Assembly (NCBI GenBank): GCA_945877765.1
Contig: CAMDWQ010000003.1
Span: 52,168 to 116,167 of the forward strand
DNA: 64,000 nucleotides
Origin: Candidatus Omnitrophota bacterium
GTDB lineage: Bacteria; Omnitrophota; Gorgyraeia; 2-02-FULL-51-18
Direction: 5' to 3'
A program made the position numbers and the translations under genes. Of this stretch, positions 37,917 through 48,983 are shown in pieces (the stretch's first letter is position 1; every line of letters begins with the position of its first letter). Below the pieces are notes generated by a model. That model searched no databases. It saw only the letters and a program-made list of their open reading frames with translations, and was not told where the DNA came from.

Positions 37917-38393
37917 TTACTTTCCTTTTTTTAATAATACAACCACATGGCAAGCAATCGCCTGTCCCTTGCCGGTCGCGTCAAGACCTTCATTGGTCTT
38001 GGCTTTTATATTCACCTGGCCTATCTTAAGACCCCAGGCACTTGATAAACTTTTGCGTATCTTTTCTTTATAAACGGAAAGTTTCGGTCTCTCGGCCACA
38101 ATCACCGAATCAATTTGCGTGACACAAAAACCTTCTTTCGCCAAAATCTTCCTTACTTTCTCAACAAATACAAAACTGTCGCGATTTTTGTTACGAGCGT
38201 CCCGGTCGGAAAAAAATTCTCCAATATCCCCCAAACCAGCCGCTCCCAACGCCGCATCAACCACTGCGTGATGGAGCACATCCCCATCCGAATGACCCAA
38301 AAGCCCCTTGTGAAAGGGGATTTCGACACCCCCCAGGATTAGCCTCCGACCCCGAACCAACCGATGAATATCATAACCGATTCCGACTCGCAT
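37917..38393 (-). CDS. ispF: 2-C-methyl-D-erythritol 2,4-cyclodiphosphate synthase
   Basis: MRVGIGYDIHRL ... GHSDGDVLHHA motifs. Confidence 0.9.
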   Translation of the reverse strand: MRVGIGYDIHRLVRGRRLILGGVEIPFHKGLLGHSDGDVLHHAVVDAALGAAGLGDIGEFFSDRDARNKNRDSFVFVEKVRKILAKEGFCVTQIDSVIVAERPKLSVYKEKIRKSLSSAWGLKIGQVNIKAKTNEGLDATGKGQAIACHVVVLLKKGK

Positions 38394-38394
38394 T

Positions 38395-39096
38395 TCACCC
38401 TCTCTGCCGGCTGGCGGAACTTTTTAAATAGAAGCGAAAAAGCTCAATATCCTCAAAAGTTGTAATTTTTAAATTGCTCTCCTCCCCGGGCGCAATCATG
38501 ACTTTCATGCCTGAGCCGTCAAAAAAAGACGCTTCGTCCGTCAATTTCATCGCTTTGTTTCCCAATGCCTTATAACGGCCAAGAAGTTTTTCTTTTTTGA
38601 ATACCTGCGGTGTCTGTGCCAAATAAAGGGCCGCGCGATCCTCAGTCTTAGTAATCACTTTGTCAGGGCCCGCTCGCTTCACCGTTGCTGTCACAGGAAT
38701 CGCCGTGATGGCTCCACCTGTTTTTTTGGCAGATTTCAAAGCATCCAAAATAATTCGACGGCTAACCAAAGGACGAGCCGCGTCATGCACCAACACCCAA
38801 TCGGATTTAGCTGAAACACGCGACAACGCATTTCTTACAGACTCTGCGCGAGTCGCGCCGCCGGGGACAAGCACTATGGAATGAAGACCGAGCGCTGAAG
38901 CAATTTTTTGAATCTCTTTAAAATTATCGGGATGTGACGCTATAAGAATTTCTCTGAAGCGATAGGCCCGAGAAATATTTTTTAATGTATAAAACAAGAT
39001 CGGTTTGCCATCTACCTTAAAAAAAAGCTTCGACTTTTTTAAGCCGAAACGGCGACTGCTCCCAGCGGCCGGCAGTATCGCGGAAATTCCATTCAT
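38395..39096 (-). CDS. ispD: 2-C-methyl-D-erythritol 4-phosphate cytidylyltransferase
   Basis: [15 protein letters not shown] nucleotidyltransferase motif. Confidence 0.85.
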   Translation of the reverse strand: MNGISAILPAAGSSRRFGLKKSKLFFKVDGKPILFYTLKNISRAYRFREILIASHPDNFKEIQKIASALGLHSIVLVPGGATRAESVRNALSRVSAKSDWVLVHDAARPLVSRRIILDALKSAKKTGGAITAIPVTATVKRAGPDKVITKTEDRAALYLAQTPQVFKKEKLLGRYKALGNKAMKLTDEASFFDGSGMKVMIAPGEESNLKITTFEDIELFRFYLKSSASRQRG

Positions 39097-40088
39097 TCAA
39101 ATTTTGAAAAAATCATACGGCCGGCGGATGTTTGCAGCACCGAGGTAACCGTCACTCGAATTGTCTGCCCGATCATTTTTTTGGAGTTCTCGACCACAAC
39201 CATGGTGCCGTCGTCTAGGTACCCAATTCCCTGGCTGGCCTCTTTCCCCTCCTTAACCACATGCACCTCCATCATTTCGCCGGCTAGCACAATGGGCTTA
39301 AGCGCATTGGATAGATCATTAATATTTAATATACCCACCCCCTGGAGCTCCGCAACTTTATTTAGATTAAAATCATTGGTGATGATTTTGGCCTCCAAAA
39401 GCCTGGCTAATTTGACAAGTTTTTCATCGACTTGTGAAATTTCAGGAAAATCCTCATCGTGAATTTTGACAGCAACGGAAGATGATTTTTTTAATTTATT
39501 AAGAATATCAAGCCCGCGGCGGCCTCTGTTTCTTTTTAGAGAATCATTTGAGTCTGCCACTTGTTGAAGCTCCTTCAACACAAACCGCGGAATGATGAAT
39601 CTGCCTTCCAAAAATTTGGTCATTGAAATGTCAAAAATACGCCCATCGATGATCGCGCTAGTGTCGAGAATCATCAAATTGCTCTTCTGGTCCTGGCGGT
39701 CGAATTTGATATAAGGGATAATGAGGCTGAATTCATCGCGCCCGCGCATCGCCAAAACCATCCCGATATAACAGAGGATCAGAATCATCGTGATTTTAAT
39801 CGCGGACGATAAAGAGGGGTCTAGATCGGGAATTACATCGATAGCCCCTGAAAGAATCTTGGAAATCACTAATCCCATCGTTAACCCAAAAACAGCTGCG
39901 GACAAACCACGCGTTGAAACCTTTCCCAGCACATTCTCTATAATAATGACAAAAAGCGCGATGACCGCTCCAATCAAACAACCCGCCAGAGCCCAAGCAG
40001 AACCATAGCCCTGATAAATACTGCCCAGCTGAAAACCAACAACCGCGCTGAGTAAAACAAAAAGCGTGCGGATAAAACCAAATGTCAT
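39093..40088 (-). CDS. Membrane-anchored PIN/TRAM domain protein (YacL-like)
   Basis: N-terminal TM helices, PIN core ([14 protein letters not shown] ... ITND), C-terminal TRAM barrel. Sits upstream of ispD-ispF, as yacL does in Bacillus. Confidence 0.75.
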   Translation of the reverse strand: MTFGFIRTLFVLLSAVVGFQLGSIYQGYGSAWALAGCLIGAVIALFVIIIENVLGKVSTRGLSAAVFGLTMGLVISKILSGAIDVIPDLDPSLSSAIKITMILILCYIGMVLAMRGRDEFSLIIPYIKFDRQDQKSNLMILDTSAIIDGRIFDISMTKFLEGRFIIPRFVLKELQQVADSNDSLKRNRGRRGLDILNKLKKSSSVAVKIHDEDFPEISQVDEKLVKLARLLEAKIITNDFNLNKVAELQGVGILNINDLSNALKPIVLAGEMMEVHVVKEGKEASQGIGYLDDGTMVVVENSKKMIGQTIRVTVTSVLQTSAGRMIFSKFE

Positions 40089-40092
40089 AACG

Positions 40093-40848
40093 TTAACTCC
40101 TCTTCAAGAGCTTCCATGGGTGCTGTTTAATGTCTGCGGTGAACGCTTCCAAATCCCTGGCCACTTGATCGTTCTTTAAAAGTCTTCCAACGGTACCCTC
40201 TCCATCGCGTAGACGGCCCAACACAATCTTGGCGGAGGCGGCAGCGTCTTTTAAATCTTCGCTGGCCTGGGTAAAATTCTTCACCATCGCGTCTGCCCCG
40301 CTGAAGGTTCTGTCGGCATTAACAAAAGCACCCTTCACTGCGGCTTTAAACTCGGGGTCACTAACAACAGAATTAACATTTTCCGCCACTACCTGCAGTT
40401 GCCCGATCAGCTGCCGCGAGCCCTCCGCCATATCTTCGATCGCAAAAGGATTTTTTCCGATCAGCGTACTGCCGTTGCCGATGATTTTATTATTGGGCGT
40501 GCCAGGAATAATTTCGATGTATTTTTCACCGAGCATCCCCAGCGTTTTAATCACGGCTTTGGCATCGTCTTCGATATAGACTCCTTGAGCAATCCAAGCG
40601 CCCACTTCCACCTGCGTTTCGCCCTTAGGATTACGCAGCACATGAATATCCTTGACCTCGCCAACAGTGACACCTGCCAACCTTACGGGGGTCCCATTGT
40701 CAATTCCCTGCACAAAACTAAACACAAAGCGGATAGTAACACCGGGCTTCATATAAAAATCACCCGCGCGAAAAACAAAATACGACAGAATTCCTATGGC
40801 TAACAAGACAAACAGGCCCACCTTGATCTCAAGGCCGTCTTTTTTCAT
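40093..40848 (-). CDS. mlaD: MlaD-like MCE domain protein (outer-membrane lipid asymmetry maintenance)
   Basis: N-terminal TM anchor plus MCE domain ([30 protein letters not shown]). Confidence 0.8.
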   Translation of the reverse strand: MKKDGLEIKVGLFVLLAIGILSYFVFRAGDFYMKPGVTIRFVFSFVQGIDNGTPVRLAGVTVGEVKDIHVLRNPKGETQVEVGAWIAQGVYIEDDAKAVIKTLGMLGEKYIEIIPGTPNNKIIGNGSTLIGKNPFAIEDMAEGSRQLIGQLQVVAENVNSVVSDPEFKAAVKGAFVNADRTFSGADAMVKNFTQASEDLKDAAASAKIVLGRLRDGEGTVGRLLKNDQVARDLEAFTADIKQHPWKLLKRS

Positions 40849-40874
40849 GATCAGCGTTTCTCCTTTTGCCTGCT

Positions 40875-41663
40875 TTAGGCTGTCGTTAGACTTTTAAACT
40901 GAATATCCGTAATCGGTCCCGACGCAGAACCGGTAATAAATTGCCGTACCACCGGATTCGTGGTATTGCGAATTTCGTCTGGAGTCCCAATTTCAACAAT
41001 ATTTCCATGATACATCATTGCCACGCGCGTACCCACTTTGTAGGCGCTGACCATGTCATGAGTCACGACAACGGCAGTCACTTTTAACCTGTCGTGAAGC
41101 GAGACAATCAAATCATTGATGGCATCTGACATGATGGGGTCCAATCCCGTCGTCGGCTCATCGTAAAGCAAAATTTCAGGCTTCATGCAAATGGCGCGCG
41201 CAAGCGCTACTCGTTTTTTCATTCCGCCGGACAACTCGGACGGCTTTAAATCCTGAATACCCTTTAAACCCACCAATTCCAACGCCTCTTCCGCGCGGTC
41301 GCGAACCGCCGCTTGGCTCAAGCTTGAATGCTCGGTTAATCCAAAACCGACATTTTCACCGATCGTCATCGAATCAAAAAGAGCCGCCCCCTGAAACACC
41401 ATCCCAAAACGCATGCGCATGTGGTTCATTTGCCGCGTCGACAAAGCCGACAGGTCCATCCCGTCCACCATGATGGACCCCGAATCCGGTTGCATTAGCC
41501 CAATGAGGTGCTTTAAAAAAACACTTTTTCCACAACCAGACCGGCCGATGATCACCAGCGTTTCACCGCGCGCGACCGTCAAACTCATCTGGTTTAAAAC
41601 CATTTTACCGTTAAATGATTTAGAGACCTTCCTTGCTTCCATCATGAGACCGTCCATGCCCAT
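40875..41663 (-). CDS. mlaF: MlaF-like ABC transporter ATP-binding protein
   Basis: GRSGCGKSV Walker A, LSGGMKKRVALARA signature, ILLYDEPTTGLD Walker B. Confidence 0.85.
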   Translation of the reverse strand: MGMDGLMMEARKVSKSFNGKMVLNQMSLTVARGETLVIIGRSGCGKSVFLKHLIGLMQPDSGSIMVDGMDLSALSTRQMNHMRMRFGMVFQGAALFDSMTIGENVGFGLTEHSSLSQAAVRDRAEEALELVGLKGIQDLKPSELSGGMKKRVALARAICMKPEILLYDEPTTGLDPIMSDAINDLIVSLHDRLKVTAVVVTHDMVSAYKVGTRVAMMYHGNIVEIGTPDEIRNTTNPVVRQFITGSASGPITDIQFKSLTTA

Positions 41664-41675
41664 ACTTTCATTCCC

Positions 41676-42476
41676 TTAGGTTAAAAAATAAAAAATGACG
41701 GTAAAAAAAGCGTCCGCTATGATAATCAGAACAAACGACGTCACGACCGCACGCGTGGTTGCGTTTCCCACGCCTTCGGCACCGCCCTCAACGCGCATCC
41801 CTTCATAGCAAGCGGTAATACAAATAATCATAGCAAACACGACCGTCTTAAAAAGCCCCGAAAAAATATCCTTAAGAGCCAATGGGTCAAACGTCATCCT
41901 GACGTAAAGCGCATGAGAAAGCCCCAACTTAAAAACCGAGACCACATAGCCGCCAAAAATACCGATCGCATCGGCATAAATCGTCAAAAGAGGCAGCATC
42001 GTAAAAAGGGCGACAAAGCGAGGTGCCACCAAGTACTTCACCGGGGGAGCCGCCAAAGTTTCAAGCGCGTCAATTTGCTCCGTGACCTTCATACTGCCAA
42101 GTTCGGCGGCAATAGAAGCGCCCACACGGCCAGCAACCACCAACCCCGTCAACACCGGCCCGATTTCACGCGTGATCGAAATGGCCACTAGGCTGGGGAT
42201 GTACATCTCCGCGTTGACCTTTTGCATTTGGTAGGCACTCTGAAGCGCAATGACCACGCCCATAAAAAAACTCGTTAGTGTTGCAATGGGGAGTGAATCA
42301 ACACCAATTTTGACCATCTGCTCAAAAGTTTGGCGCGTGCGAAACGGCGGCAAAGCGACCGCCAAAAGCGTCTGACAGAATAGAGTAAAAGTGCCTCCTG
42401 AAAACTTGACAGCATCCAACACTGTCTTTCCAATCGTCTCTGCCGTTGTTTTCAAAACGTTTCCTCGGTATCTCAA
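41676..42476 (-). CDS. mlaE: MlaE-like ABC transporter permease
   Basis: 266-aa multi-TM permease of the MlaE/YrbE family immediately upstream of mlaF-mlaD. Confidence 0.8.
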   Translation of the reverse strand: MRYRGNVLKTTAETIGKTVLDAVKFSGGTFTLFCQTLLAVALPPFRTRQTFEQMVKIGVDSLPIATLTSFFMGVVIALQSAYQMQKVNAEMYIPSLVAISITREIGPVLTGLVVAGRVGASIAAELGSMKVTEQIDALETLAAPPVKYLVAPRFVALFTMLPLLTIYADAIGIFGGYVVSVFKLGLSHALYVRMTFDPLALKDIFSGLFKTVVFAMIICITACYEGMRVEGGAEGVGNATTRAVVTSFVLIIIADAFFTVIFYFLT

Positions 42477-43927
42477 AATTTAACTTTCTGCTCGACGCTT
42501 AAAAATTGCTCATCTTCACGCACTTGAAATTTAAGCAAATTCTTGCCCGCTAATCGATACTCAAGGCCTACCTCGACTTTGTCCGATTCATCGGAATTCT
42601 GCAAGGTCTCGTCACGTTTGTAATCCCTAAAATTTAGACGCGCTCGGTCCCCCAGCGCTCTCTGAAGTAAAAATTCGGGGTTGTCCTTCATGTCTCTGGG
42701 GCGCCGAAATTCCCAATCCCCCCACACCACCGTGTCTTGCTGGGCCTCTCCAATCAACTGCTCGTAAGTCTTAAGCCGAAAAAGCTCTCTAAACTCAACG
42801 GATTTCTCAGCAAACTTCATCACCGAATCATCCGGTAAAAGGAGCCTTGAGTTTTGAATCTTGACCGTCGGATAAATCCCGCTGACAAACAAATCCATCA
42901 CCTTGAACATTCTTTTCCCGACGTACCCGTCATAAATGCGCGCTCGACCTTCCACGCCCGGCGCCAAGGGATTGCCCTCAAAATGCAGATCAATGTCCAC
43001 GCGCGACGGAAGCAATTTTGAAGGCGAAGTCTTTAAAATAAAATCAAGGTTGGACAGCAAATAGTTTTCCGCGTGGATATCCCAAATCATTCGATAATCT
43101 TTCTGGAAATCAACATCCCCGCTGATACGAATTCCGCCCAAAACATTGGCCGAGGTCAGATTAAAATCAGACTGAGAAAAGTAAAAATTAAAAACTGATT
43201 CCTCCGGCAGGGGGCTCCAATTCACTACCGTCCCCTCGGTCTTAAGTTCTCCTTGAAGCGCATCCTCCGATCCAAAAAAACCTAGATGAAAATCTCCACT
43301 GGCTTTGATCACCGTTGAAATATCCATCCCGCCAAACGTTAGGTGCCTCAAAGGAATCTCCGCGTTAATCTTATTGTTCTCAAAACTTAAATTGATGCCT
43401 TCCAACTTAATTTGCTGCGGCTGAAATATTAGGCTCATATTAATAATACGTATGTCAATAATGTCCTTCTGCGCCAACGCCCAACGTCTCATCCACCTCA
43501 AAAAAGGAAAATCATTTTGGCGGCTTAGGCGCACCCGCGGTTTCCACCAAATCTCCGGGCTTTGAATCACCACCGTGATCCGAGAGTCAAACTTCTTGGA
43601 AAGAAAATCCAACAACCGATAATGAAAACTAATTTCTGCGATTTGCAGTACAAGCCGTTCTTCTTCCGGGCTTAAGCCGGGGCTTAACACCCGGATATTC
43701 TCAAAACGAATCTGCCCCAAAAACCGGCCGCTGATTTTTCCGATTTGGACCCGATAATCAGATTCGCGGGATAACACTGCCTCGAGCGAATTCTTGGCAT
43801 CCTGAATTAAAAAATCCTTACGCTCTTTTATAAAAAAAACAACGGCCGCTAAAAGCGCTGCAATCAATATAATCCGCAACACTTTTTGGTGACGACGCTT
43901 TACCGTTGCAACGCGTTTTCCAACCAC
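42473..43927 (-). CDS. Hypothetical membrane-anchored periplasmic protein (N-terminal signal anchor; possibly AsmA/TamB-like), co-oriented with mlaEFD
   Basis: 484-aa ORF with a single N-terminal TM (RIILIAALLAAVVFFI). No recognisable catalytic motif. Translationally coupled to mlaE by a 4-nt overlap. Confidence 0.55.
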   Translation of the reverse strand: MVGKRVATVKRRHQKVLRIILIAALLAAVVFFIKERKDFLIQDAKNSLEAVLSRESDYRVQIGKISGRFLGQIRFENIRVLSPGLSPEEERLVLQIAEISFHYRLLDFLSKKFDSRITVVIQSPEIWWKPRVRLSRQNDFPFLRWMRRWALAQKDIIDIRIINMSLIFQPQQIKLEGINLSFENNKINAEIPLRHLTFGGMDISTVIKASGDFHLGFFGSEDALQGELKTEGTVVNWSPLPEESVFNFYFSQSDFNLTSANVLGGIRISGDVDFQKDYRMIWDIHAENYLLSNLDFILKTSPSKLLPSRVDIDLHFEGNPLAPGVEGRARIYDGYVGKRMFKVMDLFVSGIYPTVKIQNSRLLLPDDSVMKFAEKSVEFRELFRLKTYEQLIGEAQQDTVVWGDWEFRRPRDMKDNPEFLLQRALGDRARLNFRDYKRDETLQNSDESDKVEVGLEYRLAGKNLLKFQVREDEQFLSVEQKVKF

Positions 43928-43929
43928 AA

Positions 43930-46419
43930 TTAATGCCCTGCGCCGGCCCCTTGAGAAAACGCCAAATGGTCCTCATCTTTGACAGTGATTTGCACGCTGT
44001 CGTTGGGACGTATTTTTTTGCTTATCAATTCTTCGGCGATGGGATCTTCCACATATCGTTGAATGGTGCGGCGCAAAGGCCGGGCGCCATACTGCTGGTC
44101 AAAGCCCTTATTAATCAAAAATTCTTTGGCTTTCTCATCCAAATGAATTTCGATATTGCGCTCGCTAAGGCGTTTTTGAAGGGCTGCAATTTCAATCTCA
44201 ACAATTTTCTGCAATTCTTCGCGGGCAAGGCGCTTGAATACGATGACCTCATCCACACGGTTAATGAATTCCGGCTTGAACGTTTTTTTTACTTCTTCCA
44301 TCAGGCGACTGCGCATGTCTTTGTGATCGGCCGTGCTGACATCTTGAGCCTTAAAACCAATACTGCCCTGTTTACTCAAGAGTTCAGCGCCGATATTGGA
44401 AGTCATGATAATCATGCAATTGCGAAAATCCACTTTACGCCCAAGCGAATCGGTTAATCGTCCTTCTTCAAGAACTTGAAGCAGCATGTTAAACACATCC
44501 GGGTGAGCTTTCTCGATTTCATCAAAAAGAAGAATGGCGTAAGGACGGCGTCGCACGCGCTCCGTCAATTGACCACCCTCCTCGTAGCCGACATATCCCG
44601 GAGGCGACCCGACTAAACGCGAGACGTTAAACTTTTCCATGTATTCCGACATATCAAAAGTAATGAGCGCGTTTTCATCATTGAACATAAACTCAGCCAA
44701 AGCGCGCGCCAAAAGCGTCTTTCCCACGCCGGTAGGCCCTAAAAATATAAACGACCCGATCGGTCGCCGAGGATCCTTCAAACCCGCACGCGAACGGCGG
44801 ACAGCATGCGCAATTGCGGAGATCGGCTCTTCTTGACCAATCACGCGCTTTCTAAGCTCTTCCTCAATACGCAAAAGACGCGCACTCTCTTTTTCCTCAA
44901 GACGCGCAACGGGAATCCCCGTTGTCTTAGCGATAATTTTAGCGATGTCATCCTCACCAATCTCAATCTCTATTTTTGACCGGGCTTCGGACCACTCTTT
45001 TTTAGTTTTATCTAAGAGTTTTTTTGTCTCGCGTTCTTGATCGCGCAAGGCTGCCGCTTTTTCAAAATCCTGGTCCTTGATCGTATCTTCTTTTTCGCGG
45101 CGGATAACTTCCAACCGCTTCTCAATTTCTTTGACCTCGGGCGGAGCCGTGTGGGTGGAAAGACGTGCAAAAGCTCCCGCTTCATCAATAATATCAATCG
45201 CCTTATCGGGTAAAAAACGACCGGTGACATAACGGTCAGAAAGTTTTGCTGCTGCTTCCAAGGCTGCATCTGTAATTTTAATTTTATGATGTTCTTCGTA
45301 TTTTTCGCGTAGACCACGCAAAATCAATACGGTTTCTTCTACCGAGGGAGGCTCAACCAGAATCGTTTGAAAGCGACGCTCGAGAGCGGCGTCTTTTTCG
45401 ATATATTTGCGGTATTCGTCCAACGTGGTAGCGCCAATGCACTGAATCTCGCCGCGGGCCAGCGCGGGTTTCAAAATATTGGACGCGTCAATAGCGCCCT
45501 CTGCTCCTCCTGCTCCCACAAGGGTATGCAGTTCATCAACAAAAATAATAATATTTTCCGAACGCTTAATCTCATCCATCACCGCTTTGATTCTCTCCTC
45601 AAACTGGCCGCGGTATTTAGTTCCTGCGACCATAAGCGCCAAATCCAGCGTAATCACGCGCTTATTGCGTAAAATTTCAGGGACGTCCCCATTGATAATT
45701 TTAGAAGCAAGCCCCTCAACAATGGCGGATTTTCCCACACCGGCTTCTCCCAGCAATACGGGATTATTTTTGCGGCGGCGTGAGAGCGTCTGCATCACGC
45801 GGTCAATCTCTTCATCGCGTCCGATCACAGGATCCAGCTTGCCGTCTTTGGCTAGTTTGGTCAGATCGCGGCCGAAAGCGTCTAGCGCCGGCGTTTTGGT
45901 TTTAGCCGCGGGCGTGGAAGGACTACCTCCTCCTTGAACGGGCGGTGCCTGCGGCGGAGGCCCATATTGTGAGCCGGGCGTGGTGGACCCTAAAAGCTTG
46001 ATCACCTCTTCACGCACCTTGTCGATATCCAGCCCCATATTGGTAAATACCTGGCTAGCAACGCCTTCTCCCTCACGAATCAAACCTAAAAGCAAGTGCT
46101 CTGTTCCAATGTAGTTGTGTCCAAGAGAGCGCGCTTCTTCCATGGCCAACTCCATCACCTTTTTGGCTTTGGGGGTAAACGGAAGATCTCCGGTCACCAC
46201 AGTCGTGGGCCCGATTTGCACCAATTTGTCAATTTCAAGACGAATATTATTTAGGTTCATCCCAAGGCTCTGCAAAACTGCCGCCGCCACCCCTTCACCT
46301 TCGCGGAGTAAACCCAACAGAATATGCTCGGTTCCAATATAATCATGATTAAAACGTTTGGCTTCTTGCTTGGCCAACAAGATCACTTTTCTCGCACGCT
46401 CAGTAAATTTATTAAACAT
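43930..46419 (-). CDS. clpC: ATP-dependent Clp protease ATP-binding subunit ClpC (Clp_N repeats, UVR, two AAA+ modules)
   Basis: Double Clp_N repeat, [18 protein letters not shown] coiled-coil, [20 protein letters not shown] sensor motif. Confidence 0.9.
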   Translation of the reverse strand: MFNKFTERARKVILLAKQEAKRFNHDYIGTEHILLGLLREGEGVAAAVLQSLGMNLNNIRLEIDKLVQIGPTTVVTGDLPFTPKAKKVMELAMEEARSLGHNYIGTEHLLLGLIREGEGVASQVFTNMGLDIDKVREEVIKLLGSTTPGSQYGPPPQAPPVQGGGSPSTPAAKTKTPALDAFGRDLTKLAKDGKLDPVIGRDEEIDRVMQTLSRRRKNNPVLLGEAGVGKSAIVEGLASKIINGDVPEILRNKRVITLDLALMVAGTKYRGQFEERIKAVMDEIKRSENIIIFVDELHTLVGAGGAEGAIDASNILKPALARGEIQCIGATTLDEYRKYIEKDAALERRFQTILVEPPSVEETVLILRGLREKYEEHHKIKITDAALEAAAKLSDRYVTGRFLPDKAIDIIDEAGAFARLSTHTAPPEVKEIEKRLEVIRREKEDTIKDQDFEKAAALRDQERETKKLLDKTKKEWSEARSKIEIEIGEDDIAKIIAKTTGIPVARLEEKESARLLRIEEELRKRVIGQEEPISAIAHAVRRSRAGLKDPRRPIGSFIFLGPTGVGKTLLARALAEFMFNDENALITFDMSEYMEKFNVSRLVGSPPGYVGYEEGGQLTERVRRRPYAILLFDEIEKAHPDVFNMLLQVLEEGRLTDSLGRKVDFRNCMIIMTSNIGAELLSKQGSIGFKAQDVSTADHKDMRSRLMEEVKKTFKPEFINRVDEVIVFKRLAREELQKIVEIEIAALQKRLSERNIEIHLDEKAKEFLINKGFDQQYGARPLRRTIQRYVEDPIAEELISKKIRPNDSVQITVKDEDHLAFSQGAGAGH

Positions 46420-46469
46420 GGTACCTCCTTAATAATACTTTTTTAATAGATCCCTCGACTTTGCTCGGG

Positions 46470-46493
46470 ATGAATTTGCTTTGGCAAATTCAT
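46470..46493 (-). promoter_or_regulatory. Perfect 10-bp stem / 4-nt loop hairpin overlapping the mcsB stop codon, in the mcsB-clpC intergenic region
   Basis: atgaatttgc-tttg-gcaaattcat. It is not followed by a U-tract, so it is not an obvious intrinsic terminator. Confidence 0.4.
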
Positions 46494-47542
46494 TTGCCTT
46501 CAAGGCGGCGGCGAATCAAATTCGCACGCTTCACGTCTCTTTGCGAAGAACTTAAAACCTTGCCTTCAATTTTTTGCAAATGCGCCGGCTGTGTCAGAAT
46601 AAAAAGCTCATTCACCGCGCGCCGGTCAATATCCGCCAAAAGACCCATATCGACACCCAGGCGGACCATCGACAGTAGCGTCAGCGTCTCCTTGGTGTTG
46701 ATGATGTGAGCGCTTTTGAGTGTGCCGCTGGAACGCCAGATTTTATCCTGCAAAAGATCGCGATTTTGTTTCATCAAAGTTTTTCGCGCATTCTCCTCGT
46801 GTCCTATGACCTGGCGGATGATTCTCTCAAGATTATCAATCACATCTTCTTCAGCTGTGCCCAGCGTCGTCTGATTTGAAATCTGAAAAAAATTACCTTC
46901 CGCCTCGGTGCCCTCACCGTACAAACCGCGCGCCGTCATCCCCAATTTTGTAATCGCTTGCAGTACGCGTGTAATCTGTTTGGTCATCACCAAAGACGGC
47001 AGATGCAGCATCACTGACGCACGCAATCCAGTGCCCGCATTGGTGGGGCAGGCAGTCAAATAGCCCCACTCATCACTAAAAGCAAACTTAAGACGCTTAT
47101 GAAGCGAATCATCCAAGCGATTGGCAATCCGCCAGCATTCCTGCAAATTAAAACCCGACTGCATCACCTGCACACGCAAATGGTCTTCCTCGTTGATCAT
47201 GACGCTGACGACTTCTTTGTCTCCGATCATGACCGCCTTATATTCCGGGTGCACAATATGCTCGCGGCTAATCAAATGTCTTTCCAAAAGAAACTGCTTA
47301 TCCACATCATCGACTTCTGCCATCGGCACCAAAAGGCCATTTTTGAGAAACTCCATGCTTTGGGCCGCTTCGGACAAGAGATCCATGGTTTCTTTCTGCT
47401 GCTTCTTTGCCGCCCAATGGGAAAAAGGGAAATCTGCCAAATTGCGCGCCAGACGTACCCGCGAGCTCATAACAATGTCCGAATTAGGGCCAGTGCCTTT
47501 GAGCCACTCGCAAGTTTGTTTTAAAAGAGAGTCCACTTTCAT
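46490..47542 (-). CDS. mcsB: Protein arginine kinase McsB (ATP:guanido phosphotransferase domain)
   Basis: WGYLTACPTNAGTGLRASV phosphagen-kinase active-site motif; 350 aa. Confidence 0.85.
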   Translation of the reverse strand: MKVDSLLKQTCEWLKGTGPNSDIVMSSRVRLARNLADFPFSHWAAKKQQKETMDLLSEAAQSMEFLKNGLLVPMAEVDDVDKQFLLERHLISREHIVHPEYKAVMIGDKEVVSVMINEEDHLRVQVMQSGFNLQECWRIANRLDDSLHKRLKFAFSDEWGYLTACPTNAGTGLRASVMLHLPSLVMTKQITRVLQAITKLGMTARGLYGEGTEAEGNFFQISNQTTLGTAEEDVIDNLERIIRQVIGHEENARKTLMKQNRDLLQDKIWRSSGTLKSAHIINTKETLTLLSMVRLGVDMGLLADIDRRAVNELFILTQPAHLQKIEGKVLSSSQRDVKRANLIRRRLEGK

Positions 47543-47544
47543 GT

Positions 47545-48087
47545 TTAGTTTTTATGTTCCTTAATTTTTTTCTCCAAAAATTTAATTTTATCCCGCAGGG
47601 AGGCAGCCTCTTCAAATTCCTCGCGCTTTACCGCCTTCTGGAGCTCAGCTCGCACTGCCACGAGCTCATCGTGAAGTTTGTAGGAAACTTTCATTTCTTT
47701 AGTAAATTCAGGATTCGGCGTCTTTCCCAGATGTTGATTGGACCCATGAATTCTCTTTAAAAGCGGCGTCAAGCTGGCTTTAAACGCGGTATAACATTGG
47801 CTGCATCCCAAGCGCCCCACTTTTTTAAAATCTTCATAAGTCAGGCCGCAATTCTGGCACTTCGCTTTGGGGGCGATGACAGCCGTGGAGCCGACAGCAG
47901 AAGCCGGTGTTTGCGCTTCAACATCAGAAAGCGCTGCCAGTAAATCCGCGATACCAAAATGCTGCTCAGCATCGGCGCCCTTCTGTTTGGCGCAAATTTC
48001 GCACAAATTAAGTTTGGTGATCTGATCGTTAACGATCTCGGTTAGATGCACCGTTGATTTATTTTTACCGCATTCGTCGCAGAGCAA
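47545..48087 (-). CDS. mcsA: McsA-like activator (zinc-finger plus UVR domain protein)
   Basis: CDECGKN ... CEIC and CQNCG ... CSQC zinc ribbons, plus a C-terminal UvrB/C motif. Confidence 0.75.
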   Translation of the reverse strand: MLCDECGKNKSTVHLTEIVNDQITKLNLCEICAKQKGADAEQHFGIADLLAALSDVEAQTPASAVGSTAVIAPKAKCQNCGLTYEDFKKVGRLGCSQCYTAFKASLTPLLKRIHGSNQHLGKTPNPEFTKEMKVSYKLHDELVAVRAELQKAVKREEFEEAASLRDKIKFLEKKIKEHKN

Positions 48088-48089
48088 TT

Positions 48090-48971
48090 TTAATTCACCT
48101 CGTAGGGGGTGCCGTCTTTAGGCGTCACCTTGTGAAATTCAGCCAAGAGCTGCCCTGTCGTCGTCCCAGGCACCCCTTTGCCAATCTGGCGGTTATCGAT
48201 TTTGACAATCGGTACAATCTCAGCCGCCGTTCCCGTCAGAAAAACTTCATCGGCGATATACAAATCGTGGCGGGTAAAAATGTCTTCGCGCACCGAAAGT
48301 CCCAGGCGGCGGCCAATCGTCATGACCGTGTCCCGCGTAATCCCTTTTAAAATCCCGACGTACGGCGGCGGTGTGATGAGCTCTTTGCCGCGAACCAAAA
48401 AAATATTTTCGCCTGTGCATTCGGTGACATAGCCTTGAGCATTCAAAAGAATGGCTTCCTGCACGCCAGCGTTGATCGCCTCAATTTTAGCGAGAATATT
48501 ATTTAGATAATTCAGCGTCTTAAGCTGTGGGTTAAGCGCCTCCGGATGATTTCGGATTGTCGGCACCGTCACGATAGCAAGGCCCTTTTCATAAAATTCT
48601 TTCGGATATAAAGCAATTTTATCCGCAATAATAAAAATGGTCGCTCGGCTACACTTACGAGGATCTAGTCCCAAATCGCCAGGGCCGCGCGTCACCACTA
48701 AACGAATATAAGCATCTTTGAGCTGATTGGCTTTTAGCGTATCCACAACCGCATTTTCCATTTCGGCTTTAGAAAGAGGAATTTCAAGCATGAGCGTATG
48801 CGCACTCTCATAAAGCCGCTCAATATGTTCTTTTAGTTTGAACACCGAGCAATTGTAAGCGCGAATCCCTTCAAACACGCCATCCCCATACAGCAAGCCG
48901 TGATCAAACACACTCACCACCGCTTGATCCTTCTCCACCAATTTCCCATTTAAATAAATTTTAAGGCTCAT
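48090..48971 (-). CDS. ilvE: Branched-chain amino acid aminotransferase (class IV PLP enzyme)
   Basis: DHGLLYGDGVFEGIRAY ... EVFLTGTAAEIVPI motifs. Confidence 0.85.
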   Translation of the reverse strand: MSLKIYLNGKLVEKDQAVVSVFDHGLLYGDGVFEGIRAYNCSVFKLKEHIERLYESAHTLMLEIPLSKAEMENAVVDTLKANQLKDAYIRLVVTRGPGDLGLDPRKCSRATIFIIADKIALYPKEFYEKGLAIVTVPTIRNHPEALNPQLKTLNYLNNILAKIEAINAGVQEAILLNAQGYVTECTGENIFLVRGKELITPPPYVGILKGITRDTVMTIGRRLGLSVREDIFTRHDLYIADEVFLTGTAAEIVPIVKIDNRQIGKGVPGTTTGQLLAEFHKVTPKDGTPYEVN

Positions 48972-48983
48972 CCGATCTCCTTT

